The notes beneath the pieces were generated by a model. The model searched no databases and was not told the origin of the DNA. It saw only the letters and a program-made list of their open reading frames with translations. From Oopsacas minuta (Eukaryota > Animalia > Porifera): a stretch of DNA of 64,000 bases. The stretch is taken from positions 310,001 through 374,000 of the forward strand of contig JAKMXF010000365.1 in assembly GCA_024704765.1 (NCBI GenBank). Reading direction: 5' to 3'. A program made the translations under genes and the position numbers. Shown in pieces: positions 14,701 through 22,760 of the stretch (position 1 is its first letter; each line of letters starts with the position of its first letter).

Positions 14701-17018
14701 TTAGCTTCTAGAATATTCTTCTCCTCCATTGATTCCTCTAACTCTGTCTCATCAGTTTGGAGTATACCTAGTTCTTCTGGTAACAGCTGGGGGTCTACAG
14801 GATCTGAGTCTCCTTCTTCTACATTATGAGTAGGATAGTCATAAAGTTTGTAACAGAAAACTTGTTCCAGCTGTTTCATGCATTCCATCCGCATGGTTTC
14901 AGTAGATAAGTGAGAATTAATATTAAGTATTGGTAGATTAGCTCCTTTTAGAGCTACAGTTAGTTTTAACCAATTCTTATCATAAGCATGTCTTCTCTCT
15001 TGAAACTCTTCTAGAACAGAGGGAAGTACAAATTCTGGAGTTTTGTCAGCCTTTTCCTTCTCAGCTAGTATCTGCTCAATGCTCTGCTCCTTCGGAATAG
15101 GTTCTGGACTTGTCTCCTTCCCTCCTACTTGCTGGTAAGGATCCTGTATACCGAGTAGAGCTGCCTGTCTCAGCATTAAGTATTTGCCATCCTCACTGGA
15201 GTCTGTTAGGTTGATCACATGCTCAGGGAGAATGCCTGCATCAGAGAGTAGACCCCATTGCTCTGAGTCAGATGGGATACCTTCCAGGATCCATCCTCCC
15301 TCTGGGGCATGTCCCTCCCCTATCCGAGCCTCTCTCAGTTTAGAGAGTACCTCTGTGATAGCAGATACGTACATCTTATTAGAAGCCTGTAGATCTGTAC
15401 TCAGTGCTTGCTGCCTAGCGTCTGATCCTGCTTTACTAACCTCAGGATGAGTACTGTCAATAGCTAGCAGTTCCTTATCAATATCTTCCTGGGGGATATT
15501 ATCTGCTCTAAGCTTCTCAATCAGTTGATTACGTAATGTAGCTATTGTAGATGATGCAGCTTGCTCATCAGCTGATTCAGCTCGCTTAATCTTCTCTTGC
15601 TCTAAGAGAGGTTTAACCAGCTGTTTGGGGTCTATAACAACAGCATCTGTATGTTTAGAGAGCTCAGCAGCTAGGCTACTGACGCCTGACTTAGCAGGGC
15701 CTACTATAGCTAGTTTACAGGGAAGCATAGGCTGGGGAGGTAGCAAGAATTTCCTGGGACATCGGAAGAATAGGTCGACAGCTTTTTGAGAAGACAAACA
15801 GTACACTTTATCCAGAAATGCTAGGGAGAACTTCTGCTTCCCGGGAATCATTTTACCAGATTTGAGAGCTACTGGACAGAACCTTCCCCAGCGAGATATC
15901 TTCCATCTACAATTGGGGTGAAGCGGATTTGTAGCTCTTAGCTGTGTGAGGAATTCCTCGTCATCCATGGTGTCTAGGTCATCTGCATCATCATCTGGAG
16001 AGAATAGCATCTGAGGGACCATGGATGGTTGTATGTTGAAACAAGCAAGTTGATTCATAACAGATTGCAGCATTTGTTCTGGAGAAGTCAGAGCATCAAC
16101 TTCAATTATTTTATTCTTACCGAATAGAGCTAACAGATCTTCTAAAGATGAGAGACTAGTGTCTTTGAAAGTAGACACGATATGTTCAGGATCTGTGTCC
16201 TCAGGTCTGAATACAAGCCCGCCTTTTCCCTCATCGGGGTCCAGATTGAGGAATGAGAAATCAAAGATAACAGATCTGTCAGCTTCTTGAGAACCATCTA
16301 TACTAATCTCATCTAACCCCTCATCACTCTCTGAGTCCTTACTACTCGTGTCAGAATCTGACAATCTGTCAGTCACGAGTGGGGGTTGTTTCTTAACAGT
16401 GTAATAAGATGGAGAGTGATAGCGTCGCGAGTAAGTTTGTCCTGAAACTGGGGATACTCTAAGATTCGTATAGACAGACTTAGCATCATCGTTATGGATC
16501 TTAACGTGTATAATAAAGTCAGGTTTAATAGGAAGATCCAGTATAGCATTGATTTGATCGGATATAGACCTCCAGGAGACATTACTCCAACTAGGGAGAC
16601 CATCTAATACATACCCATAATGTGACACCTCTTCAGAAGTCAGCTGTTTGAACAGGAGATCGTACACAGCTTGTTCCCCTACACAGCCCCCTTCCAGCAG
16701 GGTAGACAAGTAGCTGTTAGCAAGTTCAACTCTATCTTTCTGAATATTAGACTCAAACCGAAATATTTCTAGAGTACTATCTTCTTCTGTTTCGTATTCT
16801 TCAGCATCCATGGTCCTATCCTTTGTATCAGCAACAGATAATAATTCAGTTAGAAGAGATTGTGGTTCTATCAACTTATTATACCAGATGCCAGATATGG
16901 CACGGGCTAGAGTTGTCTTTCCTATACAAGGCTTGCCAATAACCATGAATGAGATAGGAGGTTGTAAGAGGGTTACTCTCTCTGCTTCATCTTCATCAAA
17001 TATAAATCCAGTATCCAT
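11769..17018 (-). CDS. AK9: Adenylate kinase 9, single exon, about 1750 aa
   Basis: Repeated NMP-kinase P-loops (GKPCIGKTT, degenerate GPAKSGVSS, GPRYAGKTT, GPPSSGKT) and five (F/Y/W)CPV YHS-like motifs. The first ATG is at 17018; the ORF track uses a TTG start. Confidence 0.9.
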   Translation of the reverse strand: MDTGFIFDEDEAERVTLLQPPISFMVIGKPCIGKTTLARAISGIWYNKLIEPQSLLTELLSVADTKDRTMDAEEYETEEDSTLEIFRFESNIQKDRVELANSYLSTLLEGGCVGEQAVYDLLFKQLTSEEVSHYGYVLDGLPSWSNVSWRSISDQINAILDLPIKPDFIIHVKIHNDDAKSVYTNLRVSPVSGQTYSRRYHSPSYYTVKKQPPLVTDRLSDSDTSSKDSESDEGLDEISIDGSQEADRSVIFDFSFLNLDPDEGKGGLVFRPEDTDPEHIVSTFKDTSLSSLEDLLALFGKNKIIEVDALTSPEQMLQSVMNQLACFNIQPSMVPQMLFSPDDDADDLDTMDDEEFLTQLRATNPLHPNCRWKISRWGRFCPVALKSGKMIPGKQKFSLAFLDKVYCLSSQKAVDLFFRCPRKFLLPPQPMLPCKLAIVGPAKSGVSSLAAELSKHTDAVVIDPKQLVKPLLEQEKIKRAESADEQAASSTIATLRNQLIEKLRADNIPQEDIDKELLAIDSTHPEVSKAGSDARQQALSTDLQASNKMYVSAITEVLSKLREARIGEGHAPEGGWILEGIPSDSEQWGLLSDAGILPEHVINLTDSSEDGKYLMLRQAALLGIQDPYQQVGGKETSPEPIPKEQSIEQILAEKEKADKTPEFVLPSVLEEFQERRHAYDKNWLKLTVALKGANLPILNINSHLSTETMRMECMKQLEQVFCYKLYDYPTHNVEEGDSDPVDPQLLPEELGILQTDETELEESMEEKNILEAKPWGDTKQYCPVSLKQNNTLAPGREDIGARYRDRMYAFISQEAKDAFCISPESYMAVNQPLQPPPIRVLLLGPRYAGKTTVGAKLADNLGLFFISFHEWLQEKVMHKLYTKPPLIDEEDLETCVPEEPVEPAVESTSESTMELDATEESIRNNLVDKAPLTDDILEWVKQFWLDDPFKSTGFVLEGFPRTNEEAQFLINNCLFPDSIVMISISDDDVIKRVLPGKLEILKRKQQKEKALYEEKIKKKADKLKNNIETREKNLREEFSLRKEQVMYEHKAKKGTDEETDEDDLQTELDGLEDELNEKLQESREEEEGAQSDTEDLEQEPYDDAQERMRTTIIEKYEAEMDEYKDVQELMGEANVTLFTVEGNKKPQSVFNSIESFMRPYVKYRKAMLTKVIPIDLALAHMLVKSRYKQLTRFGWWCPVQLYDGINTPPLNITSAVIYRSYVLFFSSIKARTRFRSDPFSFLAAPSPGPLVPIQVAVLGPPSSGKTVLSERICKEYGCMSISAGASIRRVLRDQHWSALAQALETKLKAGEDLPVEYIVKAIESNLLQSSVVRRGFVLDSFPVTLSQVDQLAKHHILPIKVFELECSLTECVSRAKKYPKGAKIESPFPFHESLEALKDGINSYNENIAGIRSFYSGKYHNCNSIDGEKSTWNVWSNVKEEIDQNFMQIQSYIESHSRDNPARLCGLCITKEDFEKKVGEFLFYCPVSLVLENALVDCKEDIVYKFGAEYRDKHYLFAGGRQITEFITDPDRFLTPESLALFPEDRPRKLTRSEVKSKFPQRIEFKGYCPVSYIDSGQCYEGLVEGDLEYTGEYKNKLYAMQTEEKRDIFMRYPAKFAYVTLPAKLPPAIVKLPLNRLPMLGYLEQTVSITLHKSLTAVGEFKPKFPFVSLAVSAQIFLALHLKAFNPRSPDYIRQKYKDKLAKFQTHCELVTYLDTHMGPRLPPEEELPRDFKEKLDTFFSFQKANSI

Positions 17019-17122
17019 TCGTAAACTCAAATAACTAACTCGAAATTTGTTAAGAGTATAAAAGAAGTAGTTTGTTCTTAAATATTAAACAGTATTAATC
17101 AAATGCGATACAATAGTTACTC

Positions 17123-17142
17123 AATAATAATAATAATAATAA
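17123..17142. repeat. (AAT)6 microsatellite
   Basis: aataataataataataataa between AK9 and STRAD. Confidence 0.9.
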
Positions 17143-17153
17143 CAATATTATAG

Positions 17154-18206
17154 TTATGATTTTACTTGAAAATTCCAAAGATGGTTATTGGTAGTGTAGT
17201 TTGAATTGATTAGTTTTTTAGGCTCTGAAATATTATCAATACCTTTTGGTAGTGTATCTGTACTAATCTTGTCAATACGTGGTAAGACGGGTCGTAGGAG
17301 TTTAGGTAGTTGAGTTCTGGAAAACTTTTTCTTTAGTTTGAAGAATGGAATACATAATAATTCTGAAGGTTTAGGTCTTTTGTGTGGATTATGATGAATA
17401 CAGAGATCCACGAGTTGAGAGAAAACAGTAGAAAAAGCAAAATCGTGTGGTAGTTCTGGAGAGAGAGGAGGGCTAGCTCCTTTCAACTTCAATAGCATAA
17501 TCTCAGTGACGGGTAGTCCAGCAAATGGTGCTTCACCTGTAGCTAATTCTAACGCTGTAATGCCTATTGAGTATATATCAGCTGAGTAGGAATATCCGAG
17601 TGAATCCTGGGCCAGAACCTCAGGTGCCATCCAACACACAATATCCAATGTCTGATCTGGTAAAAAGAATGCGTGACTAGTGTTAGTTTTATAGAATAAA
17701 TTTGTAGAGCTACGTATACCAGATAATTTAACCATTCCGTCTCTCTGTATAAGAATATGCCTAGCACAAATGCTCCGGTGTATTATCTTAATCCCATGTA
17801 AGTAGTTTAGAGCTAAGAGTACGTCACGTAGAATATAAAAAATTACCTCTTCCCTGAATCCGTTGTTGAAAAATGATTTCATTAGATCTGTACAAGAACC
17901 GAAATGTTGGAAGGGTAAAACTACCCATATTGAGGGACCAACGATCATATTTGTTATGTAGTGCTGGATATGTGGGTGTCTGATGTTTGACATGTTTGAC
18001 AGTTCATTGTTAATCAGGTCATAATCTTCATTTGTGAATAATTCTAAATTAATAACACGGACCACAATAAAATCTGAACTGATTCGTTTATTCATCGCTA
18101 AGTAGACTGTTGATTTTTCACTGTTACTACGGCCTATGATCTCAGAAAAGTGGAAATCTTTTGAGAGGTAAAGCGATTGACTAGCAGGCCGAGAGACAGT
18201 AGCCAT
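17154..18206 (-). CDS. STRADA: STE20-related adaptor pseudokinase (LKB1 activator), about 350 aa
   Basis: Kinase fold with HRS instead of HRD and LSG instead of DFG, plus WMAPEVL. Likely start is MATVSRP at 18206; the upstream ORF extension overlaps the next gene and looks non-coding. Confidence 0.9.
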   Translation of the reverse strand: MATVSRPASQSLYLSKDFHFSEIIGRSNSEKSTVYLAMNKRISSDFIVVRVINLELFTNEDYDLINNELSNMSNIRHPHIQHYITNMIVGPSIWVVLPFQHFGSCTDLMKSFFNNGFREEVIFYILRDVLLALNYLHGIKIIHRSICARHILIQRDGMVKLSGIRSSTNLFYKTNTSHAFFLPDQTLDIVCWMAPEVLAQDSLGYSYSADIYSIGITALELATGEAPFAGLPVTEIMLLKLKGASPPLSPELPHDFAFSTVFSQLVDLCIHHNPHKRPKPSELLCIPFFKLKKKFSRTQLPKLLRPVLPRIDKISTDTLPKGIDNISEPKKLINSNYTTNNHLWNFQVKS

Positions 18207-18303
18207 TTGTTTGAATTTAAAGTCTAGAAATCTATAGAAATAACACGTAAATATTCCAGTAATAAAAGTATAAAAAATGGTCAAATATTGTACATTAAAA
18301 TAC

Positions 18304-19248
18304 TCAAAATATATAGATAGTATATGAAGAAATACTTTTGTGCTTACACAAACAAATAATCCTATCTTGTGTATCAATTATTATCCTAACAATATTTTCC
18401 CGAAATTCTCTCCCTAACAGTTTAACTCTATAATTACACTCTCGTATGAAGAATAATTCATTGTAATCTTTTTCGAAGTAAGTACTGTGAAACTGATAGT
18501 TACGATCTTCATAGATACAGCGATAAACTATGTTACCAACTGTATCCATGTCAAAATGCTTTTCATGATAATACTCGTAATCTTCTTCAATGAAAGTTGA
18601 TGTTTGAGATATGAAATCTCCATGCAGGGAGTAAATATATATTTTCACTTCCCCTAGTGCATAGGTAGCTTGAGAATAGGTTAAAATGAAAACAACATCA
18701 AATTTGATAGTTATATTAACATTATATGTGTTTCCTGGAAATTCAACTTCGAAAATAGTTTGTAAATCTTGATCTAATACAATCATCTTTCTTTGTTGAA
18801 TTGAATAAACTTTGTCTTTAAAGGAACAAAAAGCTTCAATATTTCCTGTTCTCTTTTCTACTAAGATATTTCCTTTGTTAGAAAGTTTAGAAATTCTATA
18901 TTGAATATCTAGGCCGTGATCCCATTCGTCCTCACGATACCTATTCTGTTGACACACATACATATAGTGGTTTGACACTATAAAATCTTGTATCAAATAT
19001 TCTAAACGTTCCATCAGCACTGTTCTTACAAGTTGGTTACCTTGGAATACAAATAACCTGCCTGGAGATGATTTGTCTTTACATGTCAAAATATACAACT
19101 CATTGCTTTCTGGATGAATACAAATTCGTAAAGAATAACATTTCTGCCATTCTAAGGTATATTTAATTGGAATCTTTAAAACAGCTGTTGGTATCCTCAT
19201 CTGTGCGTCATACAAAATGGGTGATGGTCTGTCTTGTGGAAAATCCAT
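18304..19248 (-). CDS. Uncharacterised 314-aa protein, probably an NHL-like beta-propeller
   Basis: Intronless ORF rich in short beta-strand patterns (ICIHPESNELYIL, FDMDTVGNIVY, IIIDTQDRIICLC). No recognisable orthologue. Confidence 0.6.
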   Translation of the reverse strand: MDFPQDRPSPILYDAQMRIPTAVLKIPIKYTLEWQKCYSLRICIHPESNELYILTCKDKSSPGRLFVFQGNQLVRTVLMERLEYLIQDFIVSNHYMYVCQQNRYREDEWDHGLDIQYRISKLSNKGNILVEKRTGNIEAFCSFKDKVYSIQQRKMIVLDQDLQTIFEVEFPGNTYNVNITIKFDVVFILTYSQATYALGEVKIYIYSLHGDFISQTSTFIEEDYEYYHEKHFDMDTVGNIVYRCIYEDRNYQFHSTYFEKDYNELFFIRECNYRVKLLGREFRENIVRIIIDTQDRIICLCKHKSISSYTIYIF

Positions 19249-19421
19249 AAATAACTATCACTAATATACATGTATAAATTTGTAAATAAGTACGGTTATA
19301 TCGAAAGCAATATTTCATAATATAGGCGGGAGCCCTAAACACCTGAAAATTCGAAGTTTTGGGATTTGATTGAATAAAATTAATATTTATCGAAGATAAC
19401 AGTGAAGTTTAACAAACTCAT

Positions 19422-20681
19422 TCAACTATTGTTTGTAACACAATAATCAGTAAACTTTTCTCTGGATAAATAAGCTCGTATCATGTCTGTAACGAAGAAG
19501 AGGTGAGCTAAACTGTAAACGAGAGATAATGCAAAGAAGAAATTAGCATTTCCAAATCCAGAATACATCCACAGGAAGTAGAATCCTGGTAGTAGTGTGC
19601 ATGTAGCTATAAACAATCCAAGTACTATTAGGACTTGTTTCAAACAAGGGAACACGTGACTCCAAGAAAACGCGAGGAGGAGAGGGATTATAGCATCTCC
19701 GAGAGATGGATATGATTTGAAAATACAAATAATAGAGACAGTAGTGTAGAGTAAGAAACAAGGGTCCTTATGGAATCTACAGGTTAGCAAAATTAGGAGA
19801 GATGGGATTATAAGTTGGAACACAACAATGAAGAATAAATTGAAATGAAGGAATGTTAGCATGAAGAAATACCAAAATAGACCTAGATTAGGAGTATAGT
19901 CTGATACTGTAAGCAGACAGCCATACACACTATTCACAAAGCTCCAGTCTCCACATACAGCATTTGATACTAACAACAAGCAAATCAGGGATATGCTATA
20001 GAGACTCAAGAATAGAATTACAGAGCCTTTTCTCCATGCTCTATGAATTAGAATAAAGGGCATAGTCAGGAAAATAGAATACAAATTAAGATATGTAGCT
20101 ATTGCCAGGTAGATAGGAGTTGTTGGAGAGCGTTTGAGAGATGAATGGAAAGCGAGAGCAAAAATAAAATTATGAAATATAACAGAACTCTGTGTAGCAG
20201 ATACTAATAGGGTGAGAGGATTGAGGAAGTATAGAGATATATACTTATCACTCTCCCAACTCTCATCCGGTTGAAGTTGCAACATTTTCCAAATTTCTTC
20301 AATAGTACTGTCGCTGTCAGTATTTACAATTTTCTTCTCCTGCTTCTTTTGGAGTTCTCTCTGTAACTCAATTCCTCTAACCAATATCAATCCAGTAAGA
20401 ATATCCAACATTAGGAAAAGTATAAACATTCCATACTTATCACTGAGGTTAGTGAAAAATGTCAACAAAGCAATTACAATCGGAGTTTCGTGTAGTATAT
20501 CAGCATCATAAGGAGATTGTCCTCTCTGTATAAGTGAGAGAGCTTCACGTATCCTCAGTTGGCTTGTTAGAGGAGTGGATAAGATCTGCTGATGCACTAA
20601 GTATTCTGAAATTCCAGAAAATTGTAGTAGAATACGTAACGTAATGAATACTGTTATTACTGTTGCTCTATACAAAAACAT
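19422..20681 (-). CDS. PIGU: GPI transamidase subunit PIG-U
   Basis: HETPI, YFLNPL, TPNLGLFWYFF, FKSYPSLGD and GNANFF motifs; multi-pass hydrophobic protein. Confidence 0.92.
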   Translation of the reverse strand: MFLYRATVITVFITLRILLQFSGISEYLVHQQILSTPLTSQLRIREALSLIQRGQSPYDADILHETPIVIALLTFFTNLSDKYGMFILFLMLDILTGLILVRGIELQRELQKKQEKKIVNTDSDSTIEEIWKMLQLQPDESWESDKYISLYFLNPLTLLVSATQSSVIFHNFIFALAFHSSLKRSPTTPIYLAIATYLNLYSIFLTMPFILIHRAWRKGSVILFLSLYSISLICLLLVSNAVCGDWSFVNSVYGCLLTVSDYTPNLGLFWYFFMLTFLHFNLFFIVVFQLIIPSLLILLTCRFHKDPCFLLYTTVSIICIFKSYPSLGDAIIPLLLAFSWSHVFPCLKQVLIVLGLFIATCTLLPGFYFLWMYSGFGNANFFFALSLVYSLAHLFFVTDMIRAYLSREKFTDYCVTNNS

Positions 20682-20998
20682 ATCTTTCCCACACGCAATA
20701 TTAAAATATACTGTAGATACCGGTTATAAGAACATGTCATGCTACTCGCAAGGGTGCTCTTATAACAGATATCCACTGGATCAACAATGATAGTACTAGA
20801 TTACCCTACAGACATGAATCTAATCATATAGTATATTATTCAATATATTAGTGTGAGTATAAAAGTAATAAATTGAAGTATAGAGATAGAGGAAATATCC
20901 TAGAAATCAAAACACAATAATATTCAATAACCAACAGTCTCAGCATATACAGAAGTGAGTTAATAGTGAACTCGTTGTTAAGTGAGTACAACATTGTG

Positions 20999-22103
20999 TT
21001 AAAAGAAATTCCGGTAAGGATTTATCTCTGGGTTACGACAGTGTCTGTAACGATACACCATATAAATACCTAGAATCTAAAAGACCAAATAAATAATAAA
21101 TAATTTGATTTACTTTACTTTGAGTTACTGACCTGAGTAAGACTGAATATGAATCCAATACTTCCTGCAGCATACAGTGCATTAGCTATAGCATGCTCCC
21201 ATAAGGGGTAACAAGGCTTGCACTTCGGACAATAATCTCCAGTCAATACCAATTGTTCATTATCGTTACTAGGTGAATTAGGTAGACTTTCTGTTGAGTT
21301 ATCTTGACAACATACCTACAAGTACCATGTTAATAGCTACGTATTTGATAACCAAACAAATATATGTATAAACAACTAACTGGTCCTGTGTTATCACTAG
21401 CATAACAAGATGAATAACCAGTTATTCTGGAATTATTACTAGCATCAAATCCACAGCAATCTAACGTTATCTGTATGCTAGACTTTCCTACTGTTCCCAT
21501 AGTGAACCACATGTCTTGTAGTAGTGCATGTTGTCCATAAGCTGGCAGAGCCATACACGCGATCGATAGAGCAAAACAGATTCCTGTCGTGAAGCCGAGA
21601 GTTATCATGTACTGAACAAGTTAAGGAAATATACGTGGGTATAAGCATTTGTGTTAACAGTAGTTATATGATTAATTAAGTATATCTAGTGAGGATACAA
21701 AGAATAGAGTGATCTGGTGCTGCTTGACAACAGCTATTAGTCCTATAATAGCCACTAGAAAGAGAATAGCTGCTGTTGCTGCCACCCCTCCAAGCACTGG
21801 AGTACCGTTAAGATACATTATAGCCTTGGCCAGTATAGTTAACATCAACAGCGAGACTGATATCAGCTGTAGGGTAAGTACAATTATAAATATAGCAATA
21901 AAATAGTTAGCTAGTATAGTTACCAGATATAGAACGTTGAGAGATATAAGGAAGTTCCTGTAAAAGTAGAATCCAAATCTAAATACCTTCTTGCTAGATA
22001 CTGTCTTTACATTAAGAGTTAACTTCTTTGTAGGTTGTACTCTTGAAGGTGTTGATGGTATTTCTTCTTTGATGTCTTCTTGGATAAACCTCTCTTTATC
22101 CAT
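20999..22103 (-). CDS. Tetraspanin-13/31-like, about 5 exons
   Basis: Assembled exons give SLNVLYL, HQITLFF|YMI, LDCCGF, CKPCYP and a tail ILGIYMVYRYRHCRNPEINPYRNFF resembling TSPAN13/31. Introns at 21923-21867, 21698-21612 and 21380-21316, plus one before the last exon. Confidence 0.85.
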
Positions 22104-22410
22104 GCTAATATTTGAGTAACAAATGTAAGGATCCAAAACGGAATGGATTATAGGCATATGCGGCAGGTATTACACAATTGAATCGTGTGCGATTCCAAAA
22201 TGAACAGCACAGATAAATAGCTCGGTTGAGACTTGCATAGACCAACACTCACTGGGATATGAAAATTTTGCCCATAATTGTCGTGTTATACAAGTGAATT
22301 TGTATTGTCCGAAGCTATTTCAGAGAAGAAACACTGTCGGATTATAAAGGTGTTTGTTTATGCGGGTTCCACTGTATCAATACAAGGCCCGATGAAAGCA
22401 AATTAAAAGT

Positions 22411-22430
22411 GGTCAGGCAATTGCCTGACC
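22411..22430. repeat. Perfect 20-bp palindrome GGTCAGGCAATTGCCTGACC
   Basis: The sequence equals its own reverse complement; it lies in the divergent TSPAN/BTB intergenic region. Confidence 0.9.
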
Positions 22431-22563
22431 TGTTCCGACCCTGATTCGTGATGCAATTGTATCTAAAAAAACTATTACAATTTAGAAGAGAAGTGAGGTT
22501 TGGAATTCTGCCTTGAATTATTGTCTAACTTGGTTGGCCTGATGGCCCAATTCAGAGACCCCC

Positions 22564-22585
22564 TGGTCAAATGGAAGTTTGACCA
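22564..22585. repeat. Inverted repeat TGGTCAAA-tggaag-TTTGACCA
   Basis: 8-bp perfect arms with a 6-bp spacer. Confidence 0.8.
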
Positions 22586-22760
22586 ATTTGCTCTATTTAA
22601 CTCCTACTTAAATGCTGCGCGTGTATGCTTAGTAATTTTACATTCCTCGCATAGGTATGCAATAAGATCTGTTCAGCCAAGGTTTCTACTTGAACAAATA
22701 AGAACGCATTGCTAATAACTCCTTTAGATTTTAGATTTATCAGTTAACATTCGGATAAGA

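Noticed and set aside
18207-18377. N-terminal extension of the STRAD ORF overlapping the orphan gene
   Set aside because: T-rich spacer read-through; similarity starts at the ATG at 18206.
21958-21986. Possible 29-nt GT-AG intron near the tetraspanin start
   Set aside because: Removing it shifts the frame into an upstream ATG-TAA.
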